A stretch of DNA of 64,000 nucleotides, taken from assembly GCA_965262915.1 (NCBI GenBank), contig OZ253564.1:4064001-4128000 (forward strand), in the 5' to 3' direction. The notes beneath the pieces are model-generated. The model was not told the origin of the DNA. It made no database searches and saw nothing but the letters and a program-made list of their open reading frames with translations. A program made the translations under genes and the position numbers. This document shows, one piece after another, positions 37,374 through 46,649 of this stretch. Position 1 is the first letter of the stretch. The number at the start of each line of letters is the position of its first letter. The stretch is from Candidatus Spongiisociaceae bacterium. Its GTDB lineage: Bacteria; Actinomycetota; Acidimicrobiia; Spongiisociales; Spongiisociaceae.

Positions 37374-40265
37374 TCAGTTGCCCGACCCTTCCACCAACCG
37401 GCGCAGCCTGCCGACCAGCCGCGCCGCCTCATCCACCTTCTCCTGGTAACCGCCCAGTTGACCGGACCGCAGAGCCTCGTCGGCCTCGTCCAGCAGCCTG
37501 TCGATCTCGACCACCATGGAGGCCACGTCGTCGTCGGGCCCGGCGGCCGCGGGTTGGTCCGGACTGTCCGGAGCGTCCACCGGAGTATCCTCGGGAGCCG
37601 CCGACTCCCCGAATATCTCGGCCAGCGCCGTGTCGAGGGACTCGCGCATGATCGGCGGGCTCTCCTCGCCGAACACAACCACGACCCGCTTGAACTCCGG
37701 CAGCAGCACCCCCTCGCCCTTGAGGTAGATCGGCTGGATGAACAGCAGCGACTCCTCCACCGGCACCACCAGCAGGTTGCCCCGGATGATCTCGGAGCCC
37801 TGCTGACCCAGCAGCGTGAACTCCCGGGATATGACCGGATCCTGATCGATCCGGGCAGCGATCTGCTGCAGCCCGTTGATCAGTTCGCCCCTTGGCAACC
37901 GGTAATCCACGATCTTGCCGTACGCCTCGGGGTCGCTCTTGGCCACCAGGAAGGCCGTCATGTTCTCCCGGCTGGCCGGATTGAAGCTCTGGAGGATCAG
38001 GTAGGAGAGATCGTCCTCCCCCGGTAGCTTCATCAGCTGATAGTACGGGAGGCTCAAACGGGTCTCACTCCTGAGCTGCCCCAACTGATCCACGGTGTCA
38101 CCGCGTACGAACCCACGGTCGGAGGTGGATGGATCCCCCGGTATGTCCCATTTGTCCTCGTCCTGGAAGAAGTCCTCGGCCTTGCGCTGGTGGTAGGTCG
38201 CGTACATGTCCGACTGGACGCGGAACATGTCTTCGGGATAACGGATGTGGTGCCGCAACTCGTCGCTCATCTCGGATGCATCGACGAACACTCCGGGAAA
38301 CACATTCCGGTAGGCCTGCGTGAGCGGGTCGGTATTCTCCAGCACGTAGAGCGTCATGGTGCCGTCCTCGGCATCCACCACCGCCTTCACCGAGTTGCGG
38401 ATGTAGTTGAAGTTGCGCGGCAGCGCCGATCGGAGGCCGAGCCGGGCGTCGATCACAGGCTCGGAGTAGGGATACCGGTCGGTGGTGGAATACAGGTCCA
38501 CGATCCACACGAGGCGCCCACCGATCAAGGCCATGTAGGGGTCGTCGTCGGCGTTGAGGAACGGCGCCACCTGCCTGAGCCGGTCCACGACGTTACGGAC
38601 CATGAGGATCCTGGACTCCGGCGTGATCTCGGGCGAGATCAACGTGTTGAGGTCCCCGAACCGCAGGGCCATCGCAGCCCGGACGCCCGCGTTCGAGAGC
38701 TGCACGCCTCCCCGGCCGCTGTAGGAGTTGCGGACCACCGTGTCGTCCTCGCCCGACGGGAAGTCGACTTCCTGCTGCTTGGTCCTGACTATCACGTAGC
38801 TACCCGTCACGGCTGATTCGCCGAAGTAGATACGCGGCTGCTTGGTCTCCAGCTCGGGCACGCCGGATTTCGGAGGAACATCCCTGACCAGGAAGGCCGG
38901 CTCGCCAGTGGTGGGATTGACATCGTTTGCCCTGGAGATGACCTCGCCGAACCCGTGGGTGTACACGAGCTTCTCGTTGACCCACCCTTCGGCGGGCAGA
39001 TCGTCCGAGTCCAGTTCGCGGGCCGCCATCATCACTTGGGTCAGAGCACCCTCGATCACGTAACGGTCCGTGTCCACGTTCGAGATCTGGTAGTAGGGCC
39101 TGATCGCCTGGAGCTGGGAATAGGCCGGCGCCAGGACCCCGGGATCCCACAGGCGCACGTTGCTGATGGTCGCCTGGTTGCCGGCGATATCCTCGGCGGT
39201 CAGGTCGGGTGAGGCCGCGAAGTCGCGGATCTCCACCCGCCCCTCTCCCATCCCGTAGGCATCGAGGGTGAACCCGATGTGGTGATCGATGTACGGCCGC
39301 TCCAGGTTGAACTGGTTGGGCTGCACACGGAAGCGCTCGATGGCGGCGGGGATGATGCCCCCTACCACCACGGAGACCACCAGCCAGAGCCCGGCGGCCA
39401 CCGCGGGCAGCGTCCAGCCCTTCCGCCATATGTTCCACAGCAGCAGCGCGGCTCCAAGCAGGGAGATCCCGCTGAGCAGGGCGAGTGCCGGACGGTGCAC
39501 CGTCACATCCGTGTACGAGGCGCCGAAGATCGCCCCCCTCGTCGAGTACAGCAACTCGTAGGTGTCCAGGCGGTAGGCGATGGCTTTGAGGATCGCGAAC
39601 GCGGCCAGCAGCACCGACAGGTGGGACTTGACGCCGGATCCGACCTCCGGCATGCGGTTCTGATGCCAACGTATCCCCCCGTACAGGTAGTGGAGGGCGA
39701 CCGAGACGAGAATCGTCAGGATCACGAGTTGGAACAGCCATCCGATGATGTCGCGGTAGACGGGCATGCGGAACACGTAGAAGGCCACGTCCCGCCCGAA
39801 GATCGGGTCGGTCTGACCGAACTCCACCTCGTTGAGGAAGAGCAGCACATCGCGCCACCAACCGGCGGCGCTCGTTCCGACGAGGAGGCCGAGCAGGCCG
39901 GCCACTCCCACGTGGAGCCAGCGCCGGCGCGTCGACGCCCAGTCCCGGAACCGCTCTACCAGCTCGTCGCCCGGACGGGAAAGGAATAAGCCGCCGGCCG
40001 AGGTGCGGAAGGCCACCACCACGTTGATCCAGACCACCACCGCGGCCAAGGCAAATCCCGCCGCGCCCAGGAATATCTTCGACAGCAGCACCGTCTTCCA
40101 AACGGCCGTGGCTTCCACCGAGGAGAACCAGAGGTATTCGGTCCAGGCGTTGGCCACACCGCGGAACGTGAGGAGGGCCACAAGGGCGACCAGGGCCACC
40201 AAGGCCAGAAAGCGGCGCGAGCGGCGGCGTCCGGAGCCGAACGAGCCGGGTTCCATCCTGATCAT
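37374..40265 (-). CDS. UPF0182 family membrane protein
   Basis: WTEYLWF, DPIFGRDVAFYVF, GASYTDV, NVRLWDP, YTHGFG, PRIYFG, NYIRNSVK, YPEDMF, GNLLVVP. Confidence 0.95.
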   Translation of the reverse strand: MIRMEPGSFGSGRRRSRRFLALVALVALVALLTFRGVANAWTEYLWFSSVEATAVWKTVLLSKIFLGAAGFALAAVVVWINVVVAFRTSAGGLFLSRPGDELVERFRDWASTRRRWLHVGVAGLLGLLVGTSAAGWWRDVLLFLNEVEFGQTDPIFGRDVAFYVFRMPVYRDIIGWLFQLVILTILVSVALHYLYGGIRWHQNRMPEVGSGVKSHLSVLLAAFAILKAIAYRLDTYELLYSTRGAIFGASYTDVTVHRPALALLSGISLLGAALLLWNIWRKGWTLPAVAAGLWLVVSVVVGGIIPAAIERFRVQPNQFNLERPYIDHHIGFTLDAYGMGEGRVEIRDFAASPDLTAEDIAGNQATISNVRLWDPGVLAPAYSQLQAIRPYYQISNVDTDRYVIEGALTQVMMAARELDSDDLPAEGWVNEKLVYTHGFGEVISRANDVNPTTGEPAFLVRDVPPKSGVPELETKQPRIYFGESAVTGSYVIVRTKQQEVDFPSGEDDTVVRNSYSGRGGVQLSNAGVRAAMALRFGDLNTLISPEITPESRILMVRNVVDRLRQVAPFLNADDDPYMALIGGRLVWIVDLYSTTDRYPYSEPVIDARLGLRSALPRNFNYIRNSVKAVVDAEDGTMTLYVLENTDPLTQAYRNVFPGVFVDASEMSDELRHHIRYPEDMFRVQSDMYATYHQRKAEDFFQDEDKWDIPGDPSTSDRGFVRGDTVDQLGQLRSETRLSLPYYQLMKLPGEDDLSYLILQSFNPASRENMTAFLVAKSDPEAYGKIVDYRLPRGELINGLQQIAARIDQDPVISREFTLLGQQGSEIIRGNLLVVPVEESLLFIQPIYLKGEGVLLPEFKRVVVVFGEESPPIMRESLDTALAEIFGESAAPEDTPVDAPDSPDQPAAAGPDDDVASMVVEIDRLLDEADEALRSGQLGGYQEKVDEAARLVGRLRRLVEGSGN

Positions 40266-40422
40266 GTCGTATCAGGCGTTGGGATGGGCCTCATCGAACA
40301 GGCCGAGGGGATAGTCATTGTTCAGCACGCTCCTAGGGGTGGATAGGTCAGACACAGAGAATAGTGCGGCCCCGGCGACAGGCACGACAGGACCAGAACA
40401 CGCGAGGCGGAGAAGTAGGTCG

Positions 40423-42035
40423 TCAAGCCGGAGCGATGGTACACCGGCACTCGACATGCGCCGGAACCGTCGGCACTGCGTCCACAACCTGCCCGCTGAA
40501 GGCGGCGCATTCATCGCAACCCTCGTTGACCTCGATCCGGAACCCGTCGACTCCGGCCTCGACCAAACCCTTGACGAGCCCGCTGTGATAGGCGCGTCCG
40601 GCAAGGAATCGTAGCCGTCGCTCAGCTTCGTCCGTACGCCACGCCCGGTACACACGGGAGAAGGAATTCGCCACTTCCTGGCTGCTGAGCTCAGCTCGGC
40701 GCGCGTTCTCGACCGTCGCCGCCACGTCGTCGAAGAGGGCGGACACGAAGGGCGCGCTTCCATTGGTGGGGGGTTCTCCCCGCAGCACTCCCAGCCGGGT
40801 GTCTGTCATCTCGGCCGCCGCGGTATGTCCCCGTTCGAAGGCTTCCCGTTCCATGACCGAGAGCACGTGCACCAGGTAGGACGCCAACGAGGACCTCTCC
40901 GGCCGCCACTCCTCGGGATCCTCCTTGAGCGCTTCGACCTGCTCCCTCTGGACATCGATGAGCTGGCGCTTGACAGCCCGCAAGGCTCGGTTGGTGACGG
41001 GCAGGAGCATCCGGTCGTATCGCTGCAGCGGCGACAGCTTCTTCGCGGAAGCCCCCGCCGGGGCCTTGGCGGTCGTAGCCTCCGCCGGGGCCTTGGCGGT
41101 CGTTGCCTCCTTCATCCGGAGTTGCAGGAACAGCGCGGCCAACTCGTCGGTCGTCCTGCTCCCCGGCACGCCGCCCCGGATCCCCGCCATGGCCGCTTCA
41201 CGATCCGCAGAAGTGGTACGTGATGCACCCGCCGGGGTGTGAACCAGCCGCACATGTGCGGGCTCAGCACTCTCACCAGGCTGTTCCGGCTCCTCCGCAC
41301 CCGCGGCGGCGCCCTCTTCGCGCAGGCGTGCTACTTCGTCGGCGAGTTCGAGGGCGTCAACCTCCAGGCGCGCCTTCGTGGTCGGTATCCGCACCAGCCG
41401 CACGCTGTCGGTACCGTCGGCCCACCCCACGGGTCGTGCCCTCGCGACCATGACAGTATCTTCGGGGAGCGCTACCCCATCTTCGGGGAGCACTCCCCCG
41501 GTCCTGAGCAGATCAAGGTCGGCATTCGATTCGGCTCCGTCGTCACCGTGATGGATGACCCGCACCGTAGAGGTCTGGGCACCTTCGAGTTGTGCCGACG
41601 GTCCCTCCAGCTTCGACCGGAAGATCTCCATCTCTTCGAGCAACTCCCTGTGCCGTACCTCAAGGGCGCTGACCTGCTCCCGTGTCTCCTCCGCCCGTGC
41701 GTTTGCCGCCCGGATGATCTCCTGGCCGTTGGCACGCGCCAGACCCAGCAGTCTTTCGCTCTCGACGGTCGCCATCTGGATAGCGTTCTCGCTGTCACGC
41801 CGGGCCGCCGCCAGCTTGCGGTGTGCCTTGCGCTCGCCATTCCCGATGATCTCGAGGGCAGCATGTTCCGCCGCGGCACGCATCCGAACACCCTCGGCCT
41901 TCATCGAGTCCAATACCTCCGTCGAGGTTTCCCACGCCGCCTTCCGGAGCGCGAATGCCTGTGACTCGGCCGACGCCAGTAGATTCCGTGCCCGGTCCGT
42001 CGCCACCGTCAGACCATCCGACGCGTCGTGCTCAG
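40423..42035 (-). pseudogene. 3' part of IS-interrupted DivIVA-domain protein (coiled coil, low-complexity linker, C-terminal MuF-like Cys/His motif)
   Basis: Removing the IS and one CTCAG copy joins IRERAE to HDASDGLTVATDRA in frame; ends CDEC...PAHVECRC. Confidence 0.85.
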
Positions 42036-43851
42036 CCTGAATCCACCGACGGCCTCCCCGGGGGGTGGTCCGGGGTGCGGTTGGTGGGAGGTTGAGGGGT
42101 CGGGGTTGGTTGGTTTTGGGGGGGTTCTAGGGGCGTGGTGGGTATGGTTTAGTGGCTAGATGGTGTTGAAAGCTGGTTGGGGTTGTTTCAGGCGTGTATG
42201 GCTGGGGTTTAGGTGGTTGGTTATGGTTGTGGGGGGTGTGTGAGGCCGGGTTAGCAGAGCTGTGGCAGCGTCCGGAGGTTAGTGAGGGTGGTTAGGTAGG
42301 TGCCGGCCCAGGGCCATCGGGCGGGTAGACGCAGCAGGCGGCGTCCGCCGTGGTTGACGACCCGTCCAGGGACCCCGAACAGTCGGGTACGGATGGTACG
42401 TCCACAGACCAGCCGCCCTCTTGGGCGGGTTCCGCCCAAGAGGGCTATATGGCGGTAGAGGTTATGCGCCAGGGCGGCGCAGATCAGCCAGGCCGCGTTA
42501 GCTGCGAAGACGCCGGAAGGTAGGTGGGCGAGTCCCCCTGAGTCTTTGAGGTCGCGGATGGCGAGTTCGCATGTGGCGTGGCGGCGGTGGTACCGGTCGG
42601 CTTCGACCGCGGGCACCTGGCTGTGCGCCTCCCCAGGGTTGTCACCGATCTCTACCGCCGACAGTTCGGCCACTTCGGTGTCTTGTTCGCCTCGGCGGGG
42701 TTGGTGACCGGTGTCGTCTTGTACGGCCCGGGGTTGGTGGTGCCGGTCGGCTTCTGCCGCGGCTAGGTCCAGGTTGGTGACCAAGGTGTGGTACCGCCAG
42801 TCGGGGAACAGCTGGGCTTGGGAACCGACCAAGCGGGTGCGGCGCACCACGAGACGGACCCGGCGCCGCTGCGACCGTTTCTTGGGGTTGGTCATCTCCA
42901 GGACGGTTTCCCCCACTTGTGCTTCGCCGCCCCGGGGATAGACGATGGGAGCCCAGGCGTCTTCGTCGATATGTGTGATCTGTGCCCTGACCTTGGCATT
43001 CACCTGGGTGGTGATCGACCATCCCACCCCGAGTTTGTCGAGGGCGGCCAACATGGCATAGGACCAGAACCCCGAATCGGCCCGCACGCTCACCGGGCCC
43101 CTGGCCCCGGCCCGTCGCACACGCCGGATCGTCTCCCCGACGAAATGGACCACACCCCGCTGCGACCCTCCTGCACGCAGACGGGCACCGACCACCTCCC
43201 CCGTATCGGCTCGGAACGCCAACAGCGGGTGATAACCCAGCACTTTGGTGTAACCGAAAGCCGCGCCTTGTTTGGTCTTGCCCGACACTTCACAGATCGT
43301 CGAGTCCAAATCAACGGTCACAGGTCCCTTACCGGGACCCGCGCCCGCCCGCCACGCCCGGCCCAGCGTCAAGGTCAACACCTTCTCCAACTGGCGTACA
43401 TGACCCCAGGTGAACGAACGCAGGAAGGTTCCCACAGTGGACGGGGCCATCACCGCATGGGGCAACACCCGATCGGTGGAACCCGCCCGGAGCCGACCCA
43501 CATGATCAATATGGGAGGCGCCCACCAGCATCGCAGCTACCAACGTGCACACCTTACGACCCGGGTTCGCGCCACCCACCCGGCCCTCCAGCCGCACCGT
43601 CCGATCCACCACATCTTCCAACCCCAAACGGTCCATCAGCGTCCCGGCCGCCAACAGCCCAGCGTCGGCCACCAACGACTCATCATCGAAAACCACCTCA
43701 TAGCGGTCGATATTCTGCAATACTCCACTCACAGGAAGTGCCTCCTGACTCCGGGCCAATACACTTGTTTCGTATGGCTATTGTCCCAGATCAGAGGCAC
43801 TTTCCGCGTCTATCCACCCCCAACCACAGGATATCTACCGGTGGATTCAGG
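42036..43851 (-). mobile_element. IS1380-family insertion sequence, 1816 bp
   Basis: Perfect 13-bp terminal IR CCTGAATCCACCG (42036-42048 / 43839-43851); 5-bp target duplication CTCAG (42031-42035, 43852-43856). Confidence 0.95.
42251..43759 (-). CDS. IS1380-family DDE transposase (true start may be slightly downstream)
   Basis: VADAGL, APSTVGTFLR, VDLDST, GYHPLL, RADSGF, HATCELAIRDLK, HLPSGVFAANAAWL. Confidence 0.93.
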   Translation of the reverse strand: MARSQEALPVSGVLQNIDRYEVVFDDESLVADAGLLAAGTLMDRLGLEDVVDRTVRLEGRVGGANPGRKVCTLVAAMLVGASHIDHVGRLRAGSTDRVLPHAVMAPSTVGTFLRSFTWGHVRQLEKVLTLTLGRAWRAGAGPGKGPVTVDLDSTICEVSGKTKQGAAFGYTKVLGYHPLLAFRADTGEVVGARLRAGGSQRGVVHFVGETIRRVRRAGARGPVSVRADSGFWSYAMLAALDKLGVGWSITTQVNAKVRAQITHIDEDAWAPIVYPRGGEAQVGETVLEMTNPKKRSQRRRVRLVVRRTRLVGSQAQLFPDWRYHTLVTNLDLAAAEADRHHQPRAVQDDTGHQPRRGEQDTEVAELSAVEIGDNPGEAHSQVPAVEADRYHRRHATCELAIRDLKDSGGLAHLPSGVFAANAAWLICAALAHNLYRHIALLGGTRPRGRLVCGRTIRTRLFGVPGRVVNHGGRRLLRLPARWPWAGTYLTTLTNLRTLPQLC

Positions 43852-44130
43852 CTCAGCTCTCTCGCGGATCTTCTTGGCCGCGATCCGGGCCGCTTCCAGC
43901 AGACGCGAGATGTCGCCCATCGCCGAGTCGATTACCACTGCCAGGTCTCGGTCGTCGAGCGTACCGTTGCCGGAGATCAGGGTGGCATGGCGGGCCTCCA
44001 AGCGCTTCACCTGATCCTTCATACCGGAGACGAACGCTCGCACTTCCAACGGGTCGTAGCCGAAGAACGACCGGCTGAAAGACAATTCATCGAGCCGTTC
44101 GGGCAATACCTGGTCCACCTGGTCCGTCAT
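43852..44130 (-). pseudogene. 5' part (DivIVA domain) of the IS-interrupted gene
   Basis: LPERLDELSFSRSFFGYDPLEVRAFV matches the DivIVA N-terminal motif (F....RGYD..EVD.FL). Confidence 0.85.
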
Positions 44131-44181
44131 TGTGGATAACTCTACCCTAAGCGACCTGTGTTGGGGAAGGCGTGTGGATAA
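44131..44181 (-). promoter_or_regulatory. Two perfect DnaA boxes over the leaderless promoter of the DivIVA-domain gene
   Basis: TGTGGATAA at 44131-44139 and 44173-44181 (TTATCCACA on minus); -10 TAGAGT at 44139-44144, 8 nt before ATG. Confidence 0.7.
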
Positions 44182-44182
44182 C

Positions 44183-44203
44183 TCAGTGGTCAGTGGTCAG
44201 TGG
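44183..44203. repeat. Heptamer tandem repeat
   Basis: TCAGTGG x3. Confidence 0.8.
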
Positions 44204-44298
44204 CCCGATCGAGCGTCCTGCTCAGGCCCTCGACAACCTTCTGGTCAGAGGCACCGAGAACCTCGAGCCCATCCCCGGTCGCTACGGGCCACTAGCCA

Positions 44299-45375
44299 CT
44301 ACCGACTAGATATGAGTTCGAGAACGTCGACGGCCTCCTCGATGGAAGAGACCGCGTATATCTCGATGTCGTCCCTCTTGACGCTGATCGCATCCTCATA
44401 GTTCGGGTCGGGCACGAGGATGTGTCTGGCCCCGGCGTTCTGGGCGGCCACGACCTTCTGGCGGATACCGCCGATAGCACCCACGGCACCGTCCGGGGAG
44501 ATAGTCCCGGTACCGGCGACCACGTTGCCTCCGATCAGATCATCCTCGGTGAGAAGATCGATGATCGTAAGCGCGTACATCACTCCGGCGGAGGGTCCTC
44601 CCATTCCGTGGGTTTCGATCTCGATATCGAACGGCAATTCCAGCCATCGGTTGTAGGTCTCGGGGACGAAACCCACCATCGGACGCCCCGGGCTCTCGGT
44701 GTGCTCGACGAGCGTCACGTCGATCTGTATCGGCTGGTCAGACCGCAGCACGGTGAAGGGAATGGTATCCCCGATCTCGTAGGCGAGGATGGCGTCGATC
44801 CCGTCCTCGCTGGCCGATACACCTGTCTCGCCGATCTTGACGATCACGTCCCCCACCTCCAGGAGACCATCGGCAGGCGTTCCCCCGACCACCGACGCGA
44901 CCAGAACCCCTTCGCCGGAGTACTCGACCGGCAAACCGAGATAGCGCAGCGCCACGGCAATGGCCGCCTGCTTGGAGTCGTCCATCATCCCGAGGTTGGC
45001 CTTGCGGTGCTCCTCCGGCGTGACCCCCTCTGAGCGAATCACGTGCCGGGGCACTACGTCCACCAGGGGATCCAGCCAACCCTGGGCCAACGCGTAGGCA
45101 TTCACCTCCTGTAGCGAGACGGTCAGCATGTACAGATCACCGTTCAACTCGTATATGGGGGGACCACCGTCGAACTTCACCAGGTCTCCAACCTCTTCCA
45201 CGGGGCCCGGCCAGAGCGCGTAGTAAGGAAGCGGCAGGAACCATAACACCGCAGCGAGACCCGCCATGAGGATCAGGGCCGGAACGGCCACCAGCGGCCA
45301 TTTCGGAGGACCGGAACGGCGTGGGCTCTCCGCTGGAGAAGAGAGGTGCGGGGACTCTGTCGAGGAGGTTTCCAT
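44299..45375 (-). CDS. PDZ domain / Lon-like S16 protease (YlbL-like)
   Basis: TM, PYYALWPG, PDZ (GTPADGLLEVGDVI), GGPSAG (Ser), AGTGTI..IGGIRQK (Lys). Confidence 0.92.
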   Translation of the reverse strand: METSSTESPHLSSPAESPRRSGPPKWPLVAVPALILMAGLAAVLWFLPLPYYALWPGPVEEVGDLVKFDGGPPIYELNGDLYMLTVSLQEVNAYALAQGWLDPLVDVVPRHVIRSEGVTPEEHRKANLGMMDDSKQAAIAVALRYLGLPVEYSGEGVLVASVVGGTPADGLLEVGDVIVKIGETGVSASEDGIDAILAYEIGDTIPFTVLRSDQPIQIDVTLVEHTESPGRPMVGFVPETYNRWLELPFDIEIETHGMGGPSAGVMYALTIIDLLTEDDLIGGNVVAGTGTISPDGAVGAIGGIRQKVVAAQNAGARHILVPDPNYEDAISVKRDDIEIYAVSSIEEAVDVLELISSR

Positions 45376-45434
45376 TAGGGTGATTGTCGCGGGATTCCGG
45401 ACGTATGGGGCCTGCCGGAGGATACCTACCGGTG

Positions 45435-45466
45435 CTCCGAACATATCCCCACTCCGAACATATCCC
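45435..45466. promoter_or_regulatory. 15-bp direct repeat between divergent ylbL-like gene and bioY
   Basis: CTCCGAACATATCCC at 45435-45449 and 45452-45466. Confidence 0.5.
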
Positions 45467-45545
45467 TACACAGCCGCCGGTTGGGGGACCTGAAACCGAA
45501 CCAAACCGACCAGGGTCCAAGACCCACGACCACTAGGAGGACGAA

Positions 45546-46133
45546 TTGACCTACGCACCCCCGGTCCTATCAAGCCGAATACTGCCGCTCGAGCGAGTCG
45601 ACAAGCGCATAGCCACCGCGGCTCTCGTCGTGGGATTCTCCCTTCTGACCGCCGCGTGCGCCCAGATCAGCATACCCCTGGGGTTCACTCCCGTTCCGAT
45701 CACCGGACAGACCTTCGCGGTGTTGCTGACCGGAGCGGTTCTGGGATCCCGGGCCGGCGCCGCCAGCCAGTTCCTCTATTTGGCGCTCGGTGCCGTAGGC
45801 CTGCCCTTCTACGCCGGAGGAACGGGAGGCTGGGAGAGGGCCACAGGCGCCACGGCAGGCTACCTGGTGGGGTTCGTCGTCGCTGCGTACGTGGTCGGGT
45901 ATCTGGCGGAGAACCGCCAGGACCGCCGCTTCTCCACCTCGGTCGGCGCCTTCCTCACCGGCAACCTGGTCATCTACGTACTCGGCGTGGCCTGGCTGAT
46001 GTACCACCTATCGTGGGACCTCGCCACCGGAGTGGAGAAAGGCATGGCGCCGTTCATCATCGGCGACACGCTCAAGATCTTGCTGGCCGGAGGTGCCATA
46101 CCAGCCGCCTGGAAACTCGTCGGAGACCGTTAG
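45546..46133 (+). CDS. bioY: Biotin transporter BioY
   Basis: AQISIPLGFTPVPITGQTFAVLL, GLPFYAGG, GYLVGF, PFIIGD. Confidence 0.95.
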   Translation: MTYAPPVLSSRILPLERVDKRIATAALVVGFSLLTAACAQISIPLGFTPVPITGQTFAVLLTGAVLGSRAGAASQFLYLALGAVGLPFYAGGTGGWERATGATAGYLVGFVVAAYVVGYLAENRQDRRFSTSVGAFLTGNLVIYVLGVAWLMYHLSWDLATGVEKGMAPFIIGDTLKILLAGGAIPAAWKLVGDR

Positions 46134-46168
46134 TTGCCAGCGGTTAGTCGATAGTCGCGATCTGCCGG

Positions 46169-46189
46169 TGACACCTGACACCTGACACC
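46169..46189. repeat. Heptamer tandem repeat between convergent genes
   Basis: TGACACC x3. Confidence 0.8.
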
Positions 46190-46635
46190 TACGACCCGCG
46201 TGACCACTCCTCGCCGCCCGGCCAGCATTCCTTCTTCCAGATAGGGGCACGGGCCTTGAGTTCATCGATGAGGTAGCGGGCCGCTGCGAACGCCTCCGCG
46301 CGGTGGGCGCACGCCACCGCCACCGCCACCGAGGCCTCGGCAAGTGCGACCCTGCCGGTCCGGTGCTCGACTACCACCCGGTCGATGGGCCAGCGGGCGG
46401 TTGCTTCATCGACTATCTCGTCGATCTTGGCCTCCACGTGACCCTCGTACGCCTCGTAGTCGAGATGGGTGATCCCCTGCTTGCCGGGAGAGTGGTCCCG
46501 CACCGTGCCGAGGAACAGGGCGATAGCGCCGCTGGACGGACCGGAAACCTCGTCCACCAGCCCACCGGTGTCGATGGGCAACGGGGAGACACGAATCCGG
46601 CGCCGGAGGGGTTCGCTTATCGATCCGTTGCTCAT
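46189..46635 (-). CDS. moaE: Molybdopterin synthase catalytic subunit
   Basis: GAIALFLGTVRD, LDYEAY, HRTG, AHRAEAF, LKARAPIWKKE. Confidence 0.93.
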   Translation of the reverse strand: MSNGSISEPLRRRIRVSPLPIDTGGLVDEVSGPSSGAIALFLGTVRDHSPGKQGITHLDYEAYEGHVEAKIDEIVDEATARWPIDRVVVEHRTGRVALAEASVAVAVACAHRAEAFAAARYLIDELKARAPIWKKECWPGGEEWSRGS

Positions 46636-46649
46636 AGGATTGCAGTGTA
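46635..46649. promoter_or_regulatory. Overlapping bidirectional leaderless promoter (moaE / htrA)
   Basis: TAGGAT on + (46635-46640) 8 nt before ATG 46649; TACACT on - (46644-46649) 8 nt before ATG 46635. Confidence 0.6.

Noticed and set aside
44131-44300. Replication origin
   Set aside because: Only two DnaA boxes, no AT-rich unwinding element, no dnaA/dnaN nearby
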